A stretch of 64,000 bases of DNA from Malacoraja senta (taxonomy: Eukaryota). The notes under the pieces were generated by a model. It searched no databases. It worked only from the letters and a program-made list of their open reading frames with translations, and had not been told where the DNA came from. Positions 37,796-50,321 of this stretch are shown in pieces (positions within the stretch are counted from its first letter, which is position 1; the number at the start of each line of letters is the position of its first letter). The stretch covers positions 12,340,001 to 12,404,000 of the forward strand of contig CM075990.1 in NCBI GenBank assembly GCA_038087875.1. The letters run 5' to 3'. The position numbers were made by a program, and so were the translations under genes.

Positions 37796-39554
37796 ACACT
37801 AGGGACAATTTACAATTTTACCAAGCCAATTAGCCTACAAACCAGTACATCTTTGGAGTGTTGAAGGAAACCGGAGCACCTGGAGAAAACCCACGCGGTC
37901 ACAGGGAGAACGTACAAACTCCATTCAACGCTGCACCCGTAGTCAGGATCGAACCCTTGATCTCTGCAGCAGTAAGGCAGCACTCTACCACTATGCCACC
38001 GTACCGACATGGTCAGACAGATAAATATAGTTGTACTATCAACTTCTAGCTCTTCTTCAAAATGATTCCTTGCGATCTGTAGGCAGGCAGAACCTTATTT
38101 TTAATTCTGAACTGAAAGATAGCTTCTCAAGTATCAAGTTTCCTTTATTGTCATTCATTGTCATTCAGACCTTTCGGTCTGAACGAAATTGTGATGCCTG
38201 CAGTCATACACAGAACCAATAATAACAAAACATACAATAAACACAAATTAAACATCCACCACAGTGAGTTCACCAAGCACACCCTCACTGTGATGGAGGC
38301 AAAGTCTTAGTCTCCGTCTCTTCCCTCCTTGTTCTCCCTCTGCGCTGAGGCGATCGATCCAGGCCGAAGATGCCGCCCTCCAGTCCAGCGGACCTCTGCA
38401 GTGCCAGCATTGAGACGGTTAACCTTGTAAAGACCTGGTGTGGGACTTGAACCCACCACCTTATCACTCAAGGCGACAATAGACAATAGACCATAGAATG
38501 GGCAATGAGAATGCATCAGGCAGAGAGGTCAATTAAAGATTGAGAACCGACACCTCAGCATTTCAGGATTGGCGCATGATTTGAAAATACTTGAGAAAAC
38601 AGTGACTCATTTTCTTTCATTCGAGGCTTTAAGTAAGAATGAGCCTAACTTTATTCAGCGTTGTCAGAAGTCGGGAATGGAAGCGAGGAAGGTTATTTGA
38701 ATTGATGACAGCCTTAGATTATCAAACCAAGGGCTGATCTGATCTGACATGTATTCTCTTCCGCTGAGTGCTTTCATCCTTCCAAATTAAGTCAGATTTA
38801 TTTTTTCTATTATTATCTTTGACGTTTATTATTAATAAAAAATCAGTGTTGTCATAATGACCCATCAGGGAACAGAATAGTTTTTAGCAAGGAAATTATT
38901 TTTTTTAAGTTTGTGTCTTGCACAAGTTAAGTTTGATTTTGGCTACGTTTCTGATCAATTGTGGGCTTGGCAATAATCAGTCAAATGCCGGCCATCACTT
39001 CTTCCTGGCTGTACAGTTTGAACCCTTTGTGCTTAGTTTAATTCTGGTCACGGATGCACATTGAAGGGATTGGATCAGGCAGACTGCACAGGGAAGAGTC
39101 ATGAGGACGGACAAGTATCATTTAGACCCTTCGTGATCGCGTGACATTCTTCATGACCTTTGGAAACTCCTTGTAAACTTGTAAATGAAGCAAAACCCTT
39201 AACTGTTCCAAATTAATCCATGCCACGCGGATTTAGTGAAGGGGTTCACGGCTGTAAGTTCAGGAGGTTGTCCTGCAACATGGCAACAGATTCCTTGAGG
39301 GGTCAGGGGTGGGGGGGGGGGGGGGTTGGAATTAAATACCAACTCTGCTGGAATTGTGTCAGAAATAGTTACAGACTGAGATGGGGGCATTCTGGGTTGA
39401 GGTGTAGAATCAAAGAACTGCCGATGCAGGTTTATACCAAAGATAGACACAACGTGCCCCTGCTTTCAGTCTGAAGAAGGGTCTCGACCCGAAATGTAGA
39501 GTCTGAAGAAGGGTCTCGACCCAAAAAGTCAACCATTCCTTTCCAGAGAGGCTG

Positions 39555-39754
39555 NNNNNNNNNNNNNNNNNNNNNNNNNNNNNNNNNNNNNNNNNNNNNN
39601 NNNNNNNNNNNNNNNNNNNNNNNNNNNNNNNNNNNNNNNNNNNNNNNNNNNNNNNNNNNNNNNNNNNNNNNNNNNNNNNNNNNNNNNNNNNNNNNNNNNN
39701 NNNNNNNNNNNNNNNNNNNNNNNNNNNNNNNNNNNNNNNNNNNNNNNNNNNNNN
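39555..39754. other. Assembly gap (200 N)
   Basis: Exactly 200 N, a round placeholder length typical of scaffold joins. Confidence 0.99.
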
Positions 39755-42700
39755 GTCTGAGAATAATCTCAACCCGAAACGTCACCGGTTCCTTCCCTCC
39801 TGAGATGCTGCAGGTACCGCTGAGCTACTCCAGCATTTTGTGAGCATCTTCCCATTGTAAATGAATGATGGTGGTGCCAAAAGGCAAAGTGATTAATGGG
39901 AACCTGCGCACAGAGTTACTTTAGAACGGAGTTCAAAATAGCATTGAATGCATGCCTTATGTTGACCCCACAGCGTCCAACCACAGTAGTTGGGAACAGG
40001 CCAAAACATTGGAGTCGGCTCATGCCTGCCCAGTCCATCCCCCTGCCCGATTCAGGCCAACCCACCCAGCATCACACATCTGAGACTTGTAGCCAGGTCA
40101 TGGTGAAGGAAGGAAAACCCACCAACGCTCATGTCTGGGTAGACTCAAGCTCACATGTGCACTCCAGAGAAAATATTAGAGTAAGGTGGAGGAAGGTTAG
40201 TTAACTGGATAGCTCAAGACTGCAGGCCAATGCAACACATCTCTCCGGAAGACTTGGTGGTAACTGAGTGCCCTGTTGTGCTGCTCATGCCATGAAGTGT
40301 TTCACAACCAATGCAGCACTTTTGAAATGTAATACAAAGGATCTGTAGATGCTTGTTTATAGCAAAGATAGACATAAAATGTTGGAGTAGCTCACACAGC
40401 ATATCTGGAGAAAATGGATAGGTAACATTTCGGGTTGGGACCCTTCTATCTGAAGAAGGGTCTCGACCCGAAACGTCACTTATCCACGTTCTCCAGAGAT
40501 GCTGCCTGTCCCGCTGAGTTACTCCAGCACTTTGTGTGCATCTACAGCACGTTTGAAGTTGTTGCCACTGCAAAGAAATGAGTAACTTGAATTTCTGTAG
40601 CACCTTTCATGTCCCAATGTAGCACAATGAAATAATGACTGCAGTAATGTAGCACAACAAGGTCCCAGAAACACAATGAAATAATGACCAGGGAATCCTT
40701 CTTGATGACTAGAGATGCATTGTGGAAACAGGCCCACCGGCCCTCCGAGTCCGTGCCGACCAGCGATCACTGCACACTAACATTATTGTACACACACTAG
40801 GGACAAATTTACAATTTACCAAGCCAATTAGCCTAACAACCAGTACATCTTTGGAGTGTTGAAGGAAACCGGAGCACCTGGAGAAAACCACGCGGTCACA
40901 GGGAGAACGTACAAACTCCATTCAACGCAGCACCCGTGGTCAGGATCGAACCCTTGATCTCTGCAGCAGTAAGGCAGCACTCTACCGCTATGCCACCGTA
41001 CCGACATGGTCAGACAGATAAATATAGTTGTACTATCAACTTCTGGCTCTTCTTCAAAATGATTCCTTGCGATCTGTAGGCAGGCAGAACCTTATTTTTA
41101 ATTCTGAACTGAAAGATAGCTTCTCAAGTATCAAGTTTCCTTTATTGTCATTCAGACCGTTCGGTCTGAACGAAATTGTGATGCCTGCAGTCATACACAG
41201 AACCAATAATAACAAAACATACAATAAACACAAATTAAACATCCACCACAGTGAGTTCACCAAGCACACCCTCACTGTGATGGAGGCAAAGTCTTAGTCT
41301 CCGTCTCTTCCCTCCTTGTTCTCCCTCTGCGCTGAGGCGATCGATCCAGGCCGAAGATGCCGCCTCCAGTCCAGCCGGACCTCTGCAGTGCCAGCATTGA
41401 GACGGTTAACCTTGTAAAGACCTGGTGTGGGGCTTGAACCCACCACCTTATGACTCAAGGCGACAATAGACAATAGACCATAGAATGGGCAATGAGAATG
41501 CATCAGGCAGAGAGGTCAATTAAAGATTGAGAACCGACACCTCAGCATTTCAGGATTGGCGCATGATTTGAAAATACTTGAGAAAATAGTGACTCATTTT
41601 CTTTCATTCGAAGCTTTAAGTAAGAATGAGCCTAACTTTATTCAGCGTTGTCAGAAGTCGGGAATGGAAGCGAGGAAGGTTATTTGAATTGATGACAGCC
41701 TTAGATTATCAAACCAAGGCTGATCTGATCTGACATGTATTCTCTTCTGCTGAGTGCTTTCATCCTTCCAAATTAAGTCAGATTTATTTTCCTATTATTA
41801 TCTTTGACGTTTATTATTAATAAAAAATCAGTGTTGTCATAATGACCCATCAGGGAACAGAATAGTTTTTAGCAAGGAAATTATTTTTTTTAAGTTTGTG
41901 TCTTGCACAAGTTAAGTTTGATTTTGGCTACGTTTCTGATCAATTGTGGGCTTGGCAATAATCAGTCAAATGCCGGCCATCACTTCTTCCTGGCTGTACA
42001 GTTGGAACCCTTTGTGCTTAGTTTAATTCTGGTCACGGATGCACATTGAAGGGGATTGGATCAGGCAGACTGCACAGGGAAGAGTCATGAGGACGGACAA
42101 GTATCATTTAGACCCTTCGTGATCGCGTGACATTCTTCATGACCTTTGGAAACTCCTTGTAAACTTGTAAATGAAGCAAAACCTTAACTGTCCAAATTAA
42201 TCCATGCCACGCGGATTTAGTGAAGGGGGTTCACGCCTGTAAATTCAGGGAGGTTGTCCTGCAACATGGCAACAGATTCCTTGAGGGGTCAGGGGTGGGG
42301 GGGGGGGGTTGGAATTAAATACCAACTCTGCTGGAATTGTGTCAGAAATAGTTACAGACTGAGATGGGGGCATTCTGGGTGAGGGTAGAATCAAAGAACT
42401 GCCGATGCAGGTTTATACCAAAGATAGACACAACGTGCCCCTGCTTTCAGTCTGAAGAAGGGTCTCGACCCAAAATGTAGAGTCTGAAGAAGGGTCTCGA
42501 CCCAAAAAGTCAACCATTCCTTTCCAGAGAGGCTGTCTGTCCCGCTGAGTTGCTCCAGCATTTTGTGTCTATCTTCGATTTAAAACCAGCATCTGCATTT
42601 CCTTCAGTACACATTCAGACCTGAGATGTCACCTTTCCTTTTTTCTCTCCAGAGATGCTGCTAAGTTACACCAACACTTTTTTGTTTAAGAAAGAACTGC

Positions 42701-44344
42701 AGATGCTGGAAAAATCGAAGGTAGACAAAAATGCTGAAGAAGGGTCTCGACCCAAAACGTGGCCTGCTCATTCTCTCCATAAATGCTGCCTCCCCCGCTG
42801 AGTTACTCCAGCATTTTTGTCTACCGTCCACACTTTATGTTCATCTTTGCTATTCCGGGTTGCAATGGGAGAAATAGATCAGATAACAAACACATTCACT
42901 CTTCCTGTTGTGATTTACAAAATCATTTCTTCATGTAACTCTTTGAAGAGAGATATTCAGAATTAACGGAGAGTAAATCTACTTGAAATAAAATAAGTTT
43001 TAACCCACAAGTGTTACTGCCAGCAGTATAACTATCTTGAAATGCTGTGTGTTTGTTTGTGACAGCATTCATTTCCCTCAAGAACGCATTGCTGCATTGA
43101 TCAGCGTGACTATGCCTGTCCTCAAAAGCCTGCTGTAGTGAGAAATGCATTGGAGGCTTTTCAGTGTCTAAAATAGGGGATTCAGCCTATCAAATCGATA
43201 GCGGTGTCTATCTCAACCCGAAACGTCACCCATTCCTTCTCTCCAGAGATGCTGCCTGTCCCGCTGAGTTACTCCAGCATTTTGTGTCTATCAGCGGTAT
43301 CTATCTCCGTGCTTTGTTATCCATTCCTTCTTTCCTCTCCACTTCATTCAATGTTCATTTCTTGAGCAAAATTTATTTTGACGAGGTTTCTGCCTCAGCA
43401 ATAATTTAGCTAAGAATTACTCACTGCATTCACACTCAGTGAGTTTTAGCACATTTTAGATACGGTTTCTTGTAATTAAATCATTATTGTTTGGTCTTGT
43501 TGCTGCTGCCGTGACTGAACCTTCCTGATTCATTTAGAATGGATCTACTTCTGTTCATTGTTAATTCTTGCAGTAGTTCCCTCCCGAGCAGTGGTTTCTA
43601 AAGAGGGCTATGGCATTACCTGGGGGGGGGGGGGACTTTAATAGCACATAACAATATTATTTCACTTATTTATGAACAACTAATGATGAACAGATACCAG
43701 AACCAAACATAGTCAGTCAATGAGAAAACAAAAATGTACAAATCCAGAATCAACAAATTTACCCCCTGGGTATGCGAAATTTACCCCCTGGATGTAAATT
43801 TACCTCAGGTTGGGAACCCTTGCACTAGTGGGAGAGTCTCAAACCAGAGGCTGTAGCCTCAGAATAAAAGAGTGTATCTTTAGAAAGGAGATGGAGGAAT
43901 TTCTTTCGTCAGTGGGTGGTGAATCTGTGGAATTCATTGCCACAGACAGTTGTCGAAGTCAAGTCATTGGGTATTTTCTTGTCGGAGATTGACAGAGTGT
44001 TGATCAGTACGGGTGTCAGGAGTTATGGGGAGAAGGCAGGGGAAGGGTTGAGCAGGAAAGGTAAATCAGCCATGATTGAATGGCGGAATCGACTTGATGG
44101 GCTGAATGGCCTACATCTGCACCTATGACTCATGGATTTATGAGGAGAGGTGAAGGCGAGAGAGCAGTCAGTATGCACTTGATTGCTCTGCCGTGCACTC
44201 TACTGACCTCTCTAAACACGCACTCCTTTGCTAAATGGTATTTCATGAAACTTCTCAAAGTTGAGAAACTGGTGACACATCATGATGCCCATCCATCGCA
44301 TTGCGAATTGACGGAACAGTGAGGTAGTTACTAAATGTGTCTAG

Positions 44345-44640
44345 AGCTTAGAGATACAGCACCAAAACAGGCCCTTCGGCCCACCAAGTCTGCGCCGACC
44401 AGCGATCCCCGTCCGCCAACACTATCCTACACATACTAGGGACAATTTACAATTATGCCAAGCCAATTAACCTACAAACCTGTACGTCTTTGAAGTGTGG
44501 GAGGAAACTGGAGCTGCCGGAGACGACCCACGCAGGTCACGGGGAGAAAGTACAAACTCCGTACAGATAAGCACCCGTAGTCAGGATCGAACCTGGGTCT
44601 CTGGCGCTGTAAGGCAGCAACTCTACTGCTGTGCCACCAT
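44345..44640 (-). mobile_element. tRNA-derived V-SINE (HE1-like)
   Basis: Full-length reverse-complement copy. Further copies at about 5211-5710 (-), 9989-10610 (+, split by CR1), 51751-52053 (-), 55553-55782 (+), 58103-58398 (+), 61125-61310 (+) and 62560-62858 (+). Confidence 0.85.
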
Positions 44641-44899
44641 TCTGGTATCTAAAACTCTAGCTAAATGAGTATCAGTATCAGAAAAGCTGGTATCATGGGA
44701 TGAAGCTCATTAATTTTGTTAAATTAATTAAACTAAAAAGTAGTAATTGGACTTTGAATAAATGTGCAATTAATTGTTCCTGTTTTGAATTTTATTGTGT
44801 CATTGTCTTCCATAGTGAGTTGTGCAAATCGCTGTTCTGAATAATGCTTTTTATTGGGCAGGGGAGGGGACACGGGGGGGTGAGTTTATGGAGCCAAAG

Positions 44900-45490
44900 G
44901 GTGGCCCAAAATAGGTTCCAGGGAGAGCTGGGTGACCTGAGTAGAGAACTGGCTTCATGGAAGGAAGCACAAGAGAGATGGTGGAAGATTGTTTTTCCAG
45001 ACTGGAGGCTTGGGATTAATGGTGTGCTTCAGAGATCGGTGCTATTTGTTTATATCAACGATTTGGATGAGAATGTACATGGCATGATTAGTAAGTTTGC
45101 AGATGACACCAAAGCGGGTGGTATCGTAGAGAGGGAAGATGGCCATCAAAAGTTACAGCAGGATCTTGATCAGCTGAGCAAGTGGGCTGAGGATTGGTTG
45201 ATAGATTTAATGCAGATAAGTGCCAAGTGCTGCATTTTCAGAACTCGATTCAGGACAGGACCTGAGGGGCGACTTTTTCACACAGAATGTAGTGGGTTTG
45301 TGGAACGAGCTGCCAGAGGAGGTAGTTGAGGCTGGTACTATAACGACATTTAAGACATTTGGACAGGTAGGTGGATAGGAAAAGTTTAGAGGGATAGGGG
45401 GCAAATGCAGGCGGATGGAACTGGCATAGATGGGGCATCTTGGGCAAGTTGGGCCGAAGGGGTTGTTTTTGTACTGTATGAATCTACAGT
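44900..45490 (+). mobile_element. Degenerate, internally deleted CR1 LINE fragment
   Basis: VYINDLDENVHGMISKFADDTKAGG..LQQDLDQLSKWAE joined to a CR1 3' end. Confidence 0.75.
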
Positions 45491-46338
45491 CTGTCTATAA
45501 TATCCTGTTGATTCTCATCATTATTGCACTGCGGAACATGGTAGCAAGATAACTTTCTCAAAGCTCATTAACTATCTGTGTCTGTAATATTGGCGGGTAG
45601 AATTCTAATCTATTTTACTTCCCTGGTAAATAATCCCCATCTACTCCGCTTTAATTTTCCCAAGTGCATTCCTGCTGAGGTGAGGAAGTAAATGGCTGCT
45701 TTAGATTTGGGAATATCGAAAGGTGCAGGAATGAGTGGATGTTCACAAAGTTCACAAACTTTCAATGATACCATGTAGATGGTCTGGAGTCTGTATTTTC
45801 TTTATGGCAGAGGAAAAATTGGCGATACATTTGTAAAGAGATCATTTCGAAACTTGCAATGGAAAGAGTCAGGGAAAGAAAAGCACAATTTGAGTTGGTG
45901 AAAATATGTGAGGAAATCTGCTCCGCCCATAACAAATAATTGCAGAGTTGTGGGTGCAGCCCTGCATAAACCGGCTTTCACCACCCCCCCACCCCCCCCG
46001 CTCACCCCATCATCTCCATCTATATTTCACGCTGTCATGAGAAAACAGCCAAAATTATCAAGGACCACTTGCACCCACTTGTACCATCAGACTTGGGTAC
46101 AACTTCTTCCCCATTGTTATTACACTACTGAACATAAGGGTGTAGTCCCGTTCTTCCAACCTACCTTGTTGAGCCCTCGCACATATTTTTATCTACACTT
46201 TCCCCCCCCTACCTGTTGTACATGTGTTACGGTTTGATTGTACTCGTGCATGGTAAGACGTTACTGGATAGTGTGTGTTGAACAAAGTTATTCATTGTTA
46301 CAGGAGACAATCATAAACCGTTACCAATCTTCACACAG

Positions 46339-46487
46339 ATAATGGTCCCGCTGGAGGCAGAAGGACGGGGACGGCCACTGTGTACGTCACGGTGATGGAT
46401 GTCAATGACAACCGCCCCATCTTCCTGCAGAACACCTACGAGGCCAGTGTCCCTGAGAACATCACGGAGTCCACTAGCGTGCTGCGG
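46339..46487 (+). CDS. CDH23: Cadherin-23 internal exon (approx. exon 28), 149 bp, phase 1-0
   Basis: cacacag acceptor and gtgagt donor. (D)NGPAGGRRTGTATVYVTVMDVNDNRPIFLQNTYEASVPENITESTSVLR. Confidence 0.94.
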
Positions 46488-46554
46488 GTGAGTTAGACTG
46501 AAGCCTGTTACCTGCAGAATCGGAGATGAAATCCAGTTCATAAAGGAACAAGAC

Positions 46555-46926
46555 CAGGGGTGGGGAACCTTTCCATGTTGGAAGGCCGCATTAAGTTAGC
46601 TGTAATCTAATAAGGCCGCATCCAAGAAACTTCAATTAGATACACTTCAAAATGTACATTATTTTGTTAAAATAGCCCCCATGACTGACTAACGTTTTAA
46701 TTGTGGCCATCAGTCGGGGAGGATTATTTCGTTGAATCTTCTTTTACTCTTTGGTATTTTAAATACGTTCATTTTAAGATTAAAATAAAAATAATAAAAG
46801 ATGATCAAAAACATATTAATAATAATAAAAAGATTTGTTCTACAAAATTTGGATTCATTCAAAAGGCCGCACTTAATGGCCTAGAAGGCCACATGTGGCC
46901 AAAAGGCCGCAGGTTCCCCACCCCTG
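46555..46926. mobile_element. hAT (Charlie-like) MITE 67 bp downstream of a CDH23 exon
   Basis: TIRs caggggtggggaacct / aggttccccacccctg. 8-bp flanks aacaagac and aacaagtt (6/8 match). Repeated aggccgca motifs. Confidence 0.8.
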
Positions 46927-46950
46927 AACAAGTTGTTTGTGTGTGTGATA

Positions 46951-47145
46951 TGGGCCTGTCCCACTTAGGTGATTTGTTTGGGCGACTACAGGCGACTGCC
47001 GCAAAATTTTCAACATGTTGACAATTTTTCGGCGACAGTGGCGACAATTTTTGCTGTCGTAGGTTGTCGCCAGGTGTGATAGGTAAATTCCATTAAAACT
47101 AGTCCCTGGCAGTCACCTAAAGAGTCGCCTAGTGGGACAGGCCCT
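46951..47145. mobile_element. Harbinger-type MITE
   Basis: gggcctgtcccact ... agtgggacaggccc TIRs. Confidence 0.7.
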
Positions 47146-47605
47146 TTCGGCATCATGGTCAGTGATGACACGATGGGCTGAAGGGCCAGTCCCTGTGCTC
47201 TACTGTTCTGTGTTCTAGGGCATTTATCCCTAAAAGTTCTGACCAATATTTATCCCTCATTCATTGGTCATCAGATCATTACGTTGAACCAGCATTGCCT
47301 TCGTGTTTGTGGAAACTTGCTCTGCATAAATTAGCTGCCATGTATTCTACATTCTATCAGATCTTTGTTGACAGTGCGACACAGTGGTGCAGCGGTAGAG
47401 TTGCTGCCTCACAACGCCAGGGACCCGGGTTCGATCCTGACTACGGGTGCTGTCTGTACGTGCTCCCTATGACCGCGTGGGTTGGCACCGGGTGCTCCGG
47501 TTTCCACCCACACTACAAAGACATACAAGTTTGTAGATTAATTGGCTTCGGCAAAATTATGAAATTATCCCTGGTGTGTAGGTTAGCATTAGCGTTCAGG
47601 GTGGA

Positions 47606-49969
47606 CAGAGCCGGATTTACCACTAGGCTTCATAGGCTGAAGCCTAGGGCCTCAAAATCTAGGGGGGGCCTCCGGCCAGGGCAGGACACCTGCCGTTCAA
47701 CTCTGAACGAACCCCCCTCTCTATCTCTCTCTCTGTCACTCTCCGTCTCCGCCCACCATCCGTATTCAGCACCCATATTCAGGATCAATTCCGGGTCTCT
47801 GGCAATTTTAGGCAGCAACTTTATGGCCACTGTACTGCCCCATAGTCTTGAACTGAATTAAAACATACAGTAGCTGTAAAGGGGGCCATAGAGTCACTTG
47901 GAGATTTAACACTGAAAATGGATATTTTCATTTTTTTAGTAACCAAAGTTATCAACGTATAATTTTTTGTGTGTTGGAAAACAAAATATAGTGGCACAGC
48001 TGGTAGACTTGCTGCCTCACACGCCAGAGATCTGTGTTCGATCCTGTCCTCGGGCACTGTCTGTGTTGAATTTGCAAATTCTCCCTGCAAGCGTGGGGGT
48101 TTCCTCCCACATCCCAAAGACGCATTGACTTTGCAGGTTAACTTGTCTCTGTAAAATTGCCCCTAATGTGTAGGGAGTGGGTGAGGAAAGTGGGATAACA
48201 GAACGTGTGAATGGGTAGACAAAAATGCTGGAGAAACTCAGTGGGTGAGGCCGCATCTATGGAGCGAAGGAATTAGGCGAGACCCTTCTTCAGACTGATG
48301 TGAGGGTGGGGGGGACGGGAAGAAAAAAGGAAGAGGCGGAGACAGTGGGCTGAGGGAGAGCTGGGAAGGGGAGGAGAAAGCAGGGCCTGAAATTGGAGAA
48401 GTCAATGGTCATACCGCTGGGGTGTAGGACAGAAAGGTCGGATTCGGAATGGGAGGGGGAGTTGGAGTGCTGAGCCACCGGGAGATCAGGTTGGTTATTG
48501 CGAACCGAGCAGAGGTGTTGGGCGAAGCGATCGCCAAGCCTACGCTTGGTCTCACCGATGTAGAACAGCTGACACCTAGAGCAGCGGATGCAATAGATGA
48601 GGTTGGAGGAGCTGCTGGTGAACCTCTGCCGCACCTGGAAAGACTGCTTGGGTCCTTGAATGGAGTCAAGGGGGGAGGTAAAGCGACAAGTGTAACATTT
48701 CCTGCAGTTGCAAGGGAAAGTGTCAGGAGAGAGGGTGGTTTGGGTGGGAAGGGACGAATTGACCAGGGAGTTACGGAGGGAGCGGTCTCTGCGGAAAGCC
48801 GAAAGGGGAGGAGATGGGAAGATGTGGCCAGTGGTGGGATCCCGTTGATAGACAAAAAAGCTGGAGAAAATCAGCGGGTGCAGCAGCATCTATGGAGCGA
48901 AGGAATAGGCGACGTTTTGGGTCGAGACCCTTCTTCAGATTGATGTTGGGGGGGGGGACACGAAAAAGAAAGGAAGAGGCGGAGACAGTAGGCTGTGGGA
49001 GAGCTGGGAATGGGAGGGGAAGGAGAAAGCAAGGACTACCTGAAATTAGAGAAGCCAATGCTCATGCCGCTGGGGTGTAAACTACCCAAGCAAATATGAG
49101 GTGCTGCTCCTCCAATATGGGGTGGGACTCACTCTGGCCATGGAGGAGGCCCAGGACAGAAAGTTTGGATTCGGAATAGGAGGGGGAGTTAAAGTGTTGA
49201 GCCACCGGGAGAACAGGTTGGTTATTGCGAACTGAGTGGAGGTGTAGTGCGAAGCGATCGCCAAGCTTGCGCTTGGTCTCACCGAGGTTGATCATACGCT
49301 GAATAATCCAACCACATTTTTGTTTGAAAGAAATAATAGAAATTGCATTCATTGCAACGTGTAAAAAGAGTTGAGCTACTACTGTATTATAATTTTGCTG
49401 CATGTCATTGTGGTATATATCATGTCTTGATTGGTGAATATGTTTAGTTTGTGACTTTATTTGAAGCAGAAATAATATGTGAATGCTTCATTGAGCATAA
49501 TTCCGACTGATAACTATGCACTTGGTCCGAGCACATTATCGCACGCATCATGTAAGCCGTCTTAAATGACTTAACAACTTAAAAAGCTGCCAAGGTTGCC
49601 CAGCCAACAGAGAAAAAAATTAAGTGAGAGCCCTGCAAGGTGTATAATATTTTTGACACTGTCATAGGCCTTTCTTACATATGTTGTCACAACGCACTGT
49701 AGTCTCTAAACAACCCTTCAGTAATTTTCCTTGCCCTCCATTTCAGAATAGTAGTGTTTTAAGCCGATAACTCGACACTAGCACTGGCAATAAATAAATA
49801 AATAAATAAATAAGCGCAGCTTTCCAGCCGCTTATCTCATTGGCCACGCTCGGCTGCAAATCGGTGTCAATCTGGTGGACCATCTTCCTCTAGTCGTGGG
49901 GGTCGGGGATTGGGAGGGGCCTCACAAGTGGAACAGCCTAGGGCCTCTCTTCATCTAAATCCGGCCCTG
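47606..49969. mobile_element. hAT-like non-autonomous transposon splitting a V-SINE and hosting nested SINE and Penelope insertions
   Basis: TIRs cagagccggattta / taaatccggccctg. Subterminal agcctagggcctc at both ends. The SINE resumes after 49969. TSD not clear. Confidence 0.7.
48216..49290 (-). mobile_element. Penelope-like element remnant: GIY-YIG endonuclease fragments plus a partially tandem-repeated 3' end (pseudo-LTR)
   Basis: TFPCNCRKCYTC...NLIYCIRCSRCQLFYIGETKRRLGDRFAQH (ORF 48290-48889). A second unit GETKRKLGDRFALH (49062-49403). Both lead into the ctgaagaagggtctcgaccc terminal repeat. Confidence 0.85.
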
Positions 49970-50321
49970 ATGTTGATCGCTGGTCAGCGCGGACCCGGTG
50001 GGCCGCAGGGCCTGTTTCCGCGCTGTATCTCTAAAGTCTGAAAAGACTGCAGAGTGCTTTGAGAAGCATTGACAATGTGATAAGTGCTGAAGAAATGTGC
50101 AGATTAGGTTGGAATTATCAATCAAAACAAAGCAGAAATAGATCGAGGCTTCAGTGGTGATCAAAATCATTGATAGATGGGACAGGTCTATTTCTTTCCC
50201 CTTGCTGATGCTTCACCTTGAAGTTGTGAAATGTTTTCATCGAGACATCCACTCCCTCAGCAGGTTGAGATGTTGATGCAGCCTTGCAAAAACATTGGTA
50301 AATTCCTTTACAAATAATTAA

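Larger units (their letters stand above)
35752..42535 (+). repeat. Direct duplication across the gap: copy 1 at 35752-39554, copy 2 at 39755-42535
   Basis: Colinear near-identical sequence, with paired ORFs (35894/39896, 36212/40214, 38031/41028, 38307/41294). Both copies start gtctga(a)gaataatctcaacccg and end ttccagagaggctg. Confidence 0.95.

Noticed and set aside
35752..42535. True segmental duplication within CDH23
   Set aside because: The junction coincides exactly with a placeholder gap and no exon is involved, so haplotype overlap is the simpler explanation.
43589..43822. Possible hAT-Charlie MITE (cagtggtttc ... gggaacccttg)
   Set aside because: The TIRs are degenerate and there is no matching 8-bp TSD.
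6503..46487. CDH23 as a pseudogene
   Set aside because: There is only one lesion, in a homopolymer. Nine other exons, all splice sites and the calcium motifs are intact.
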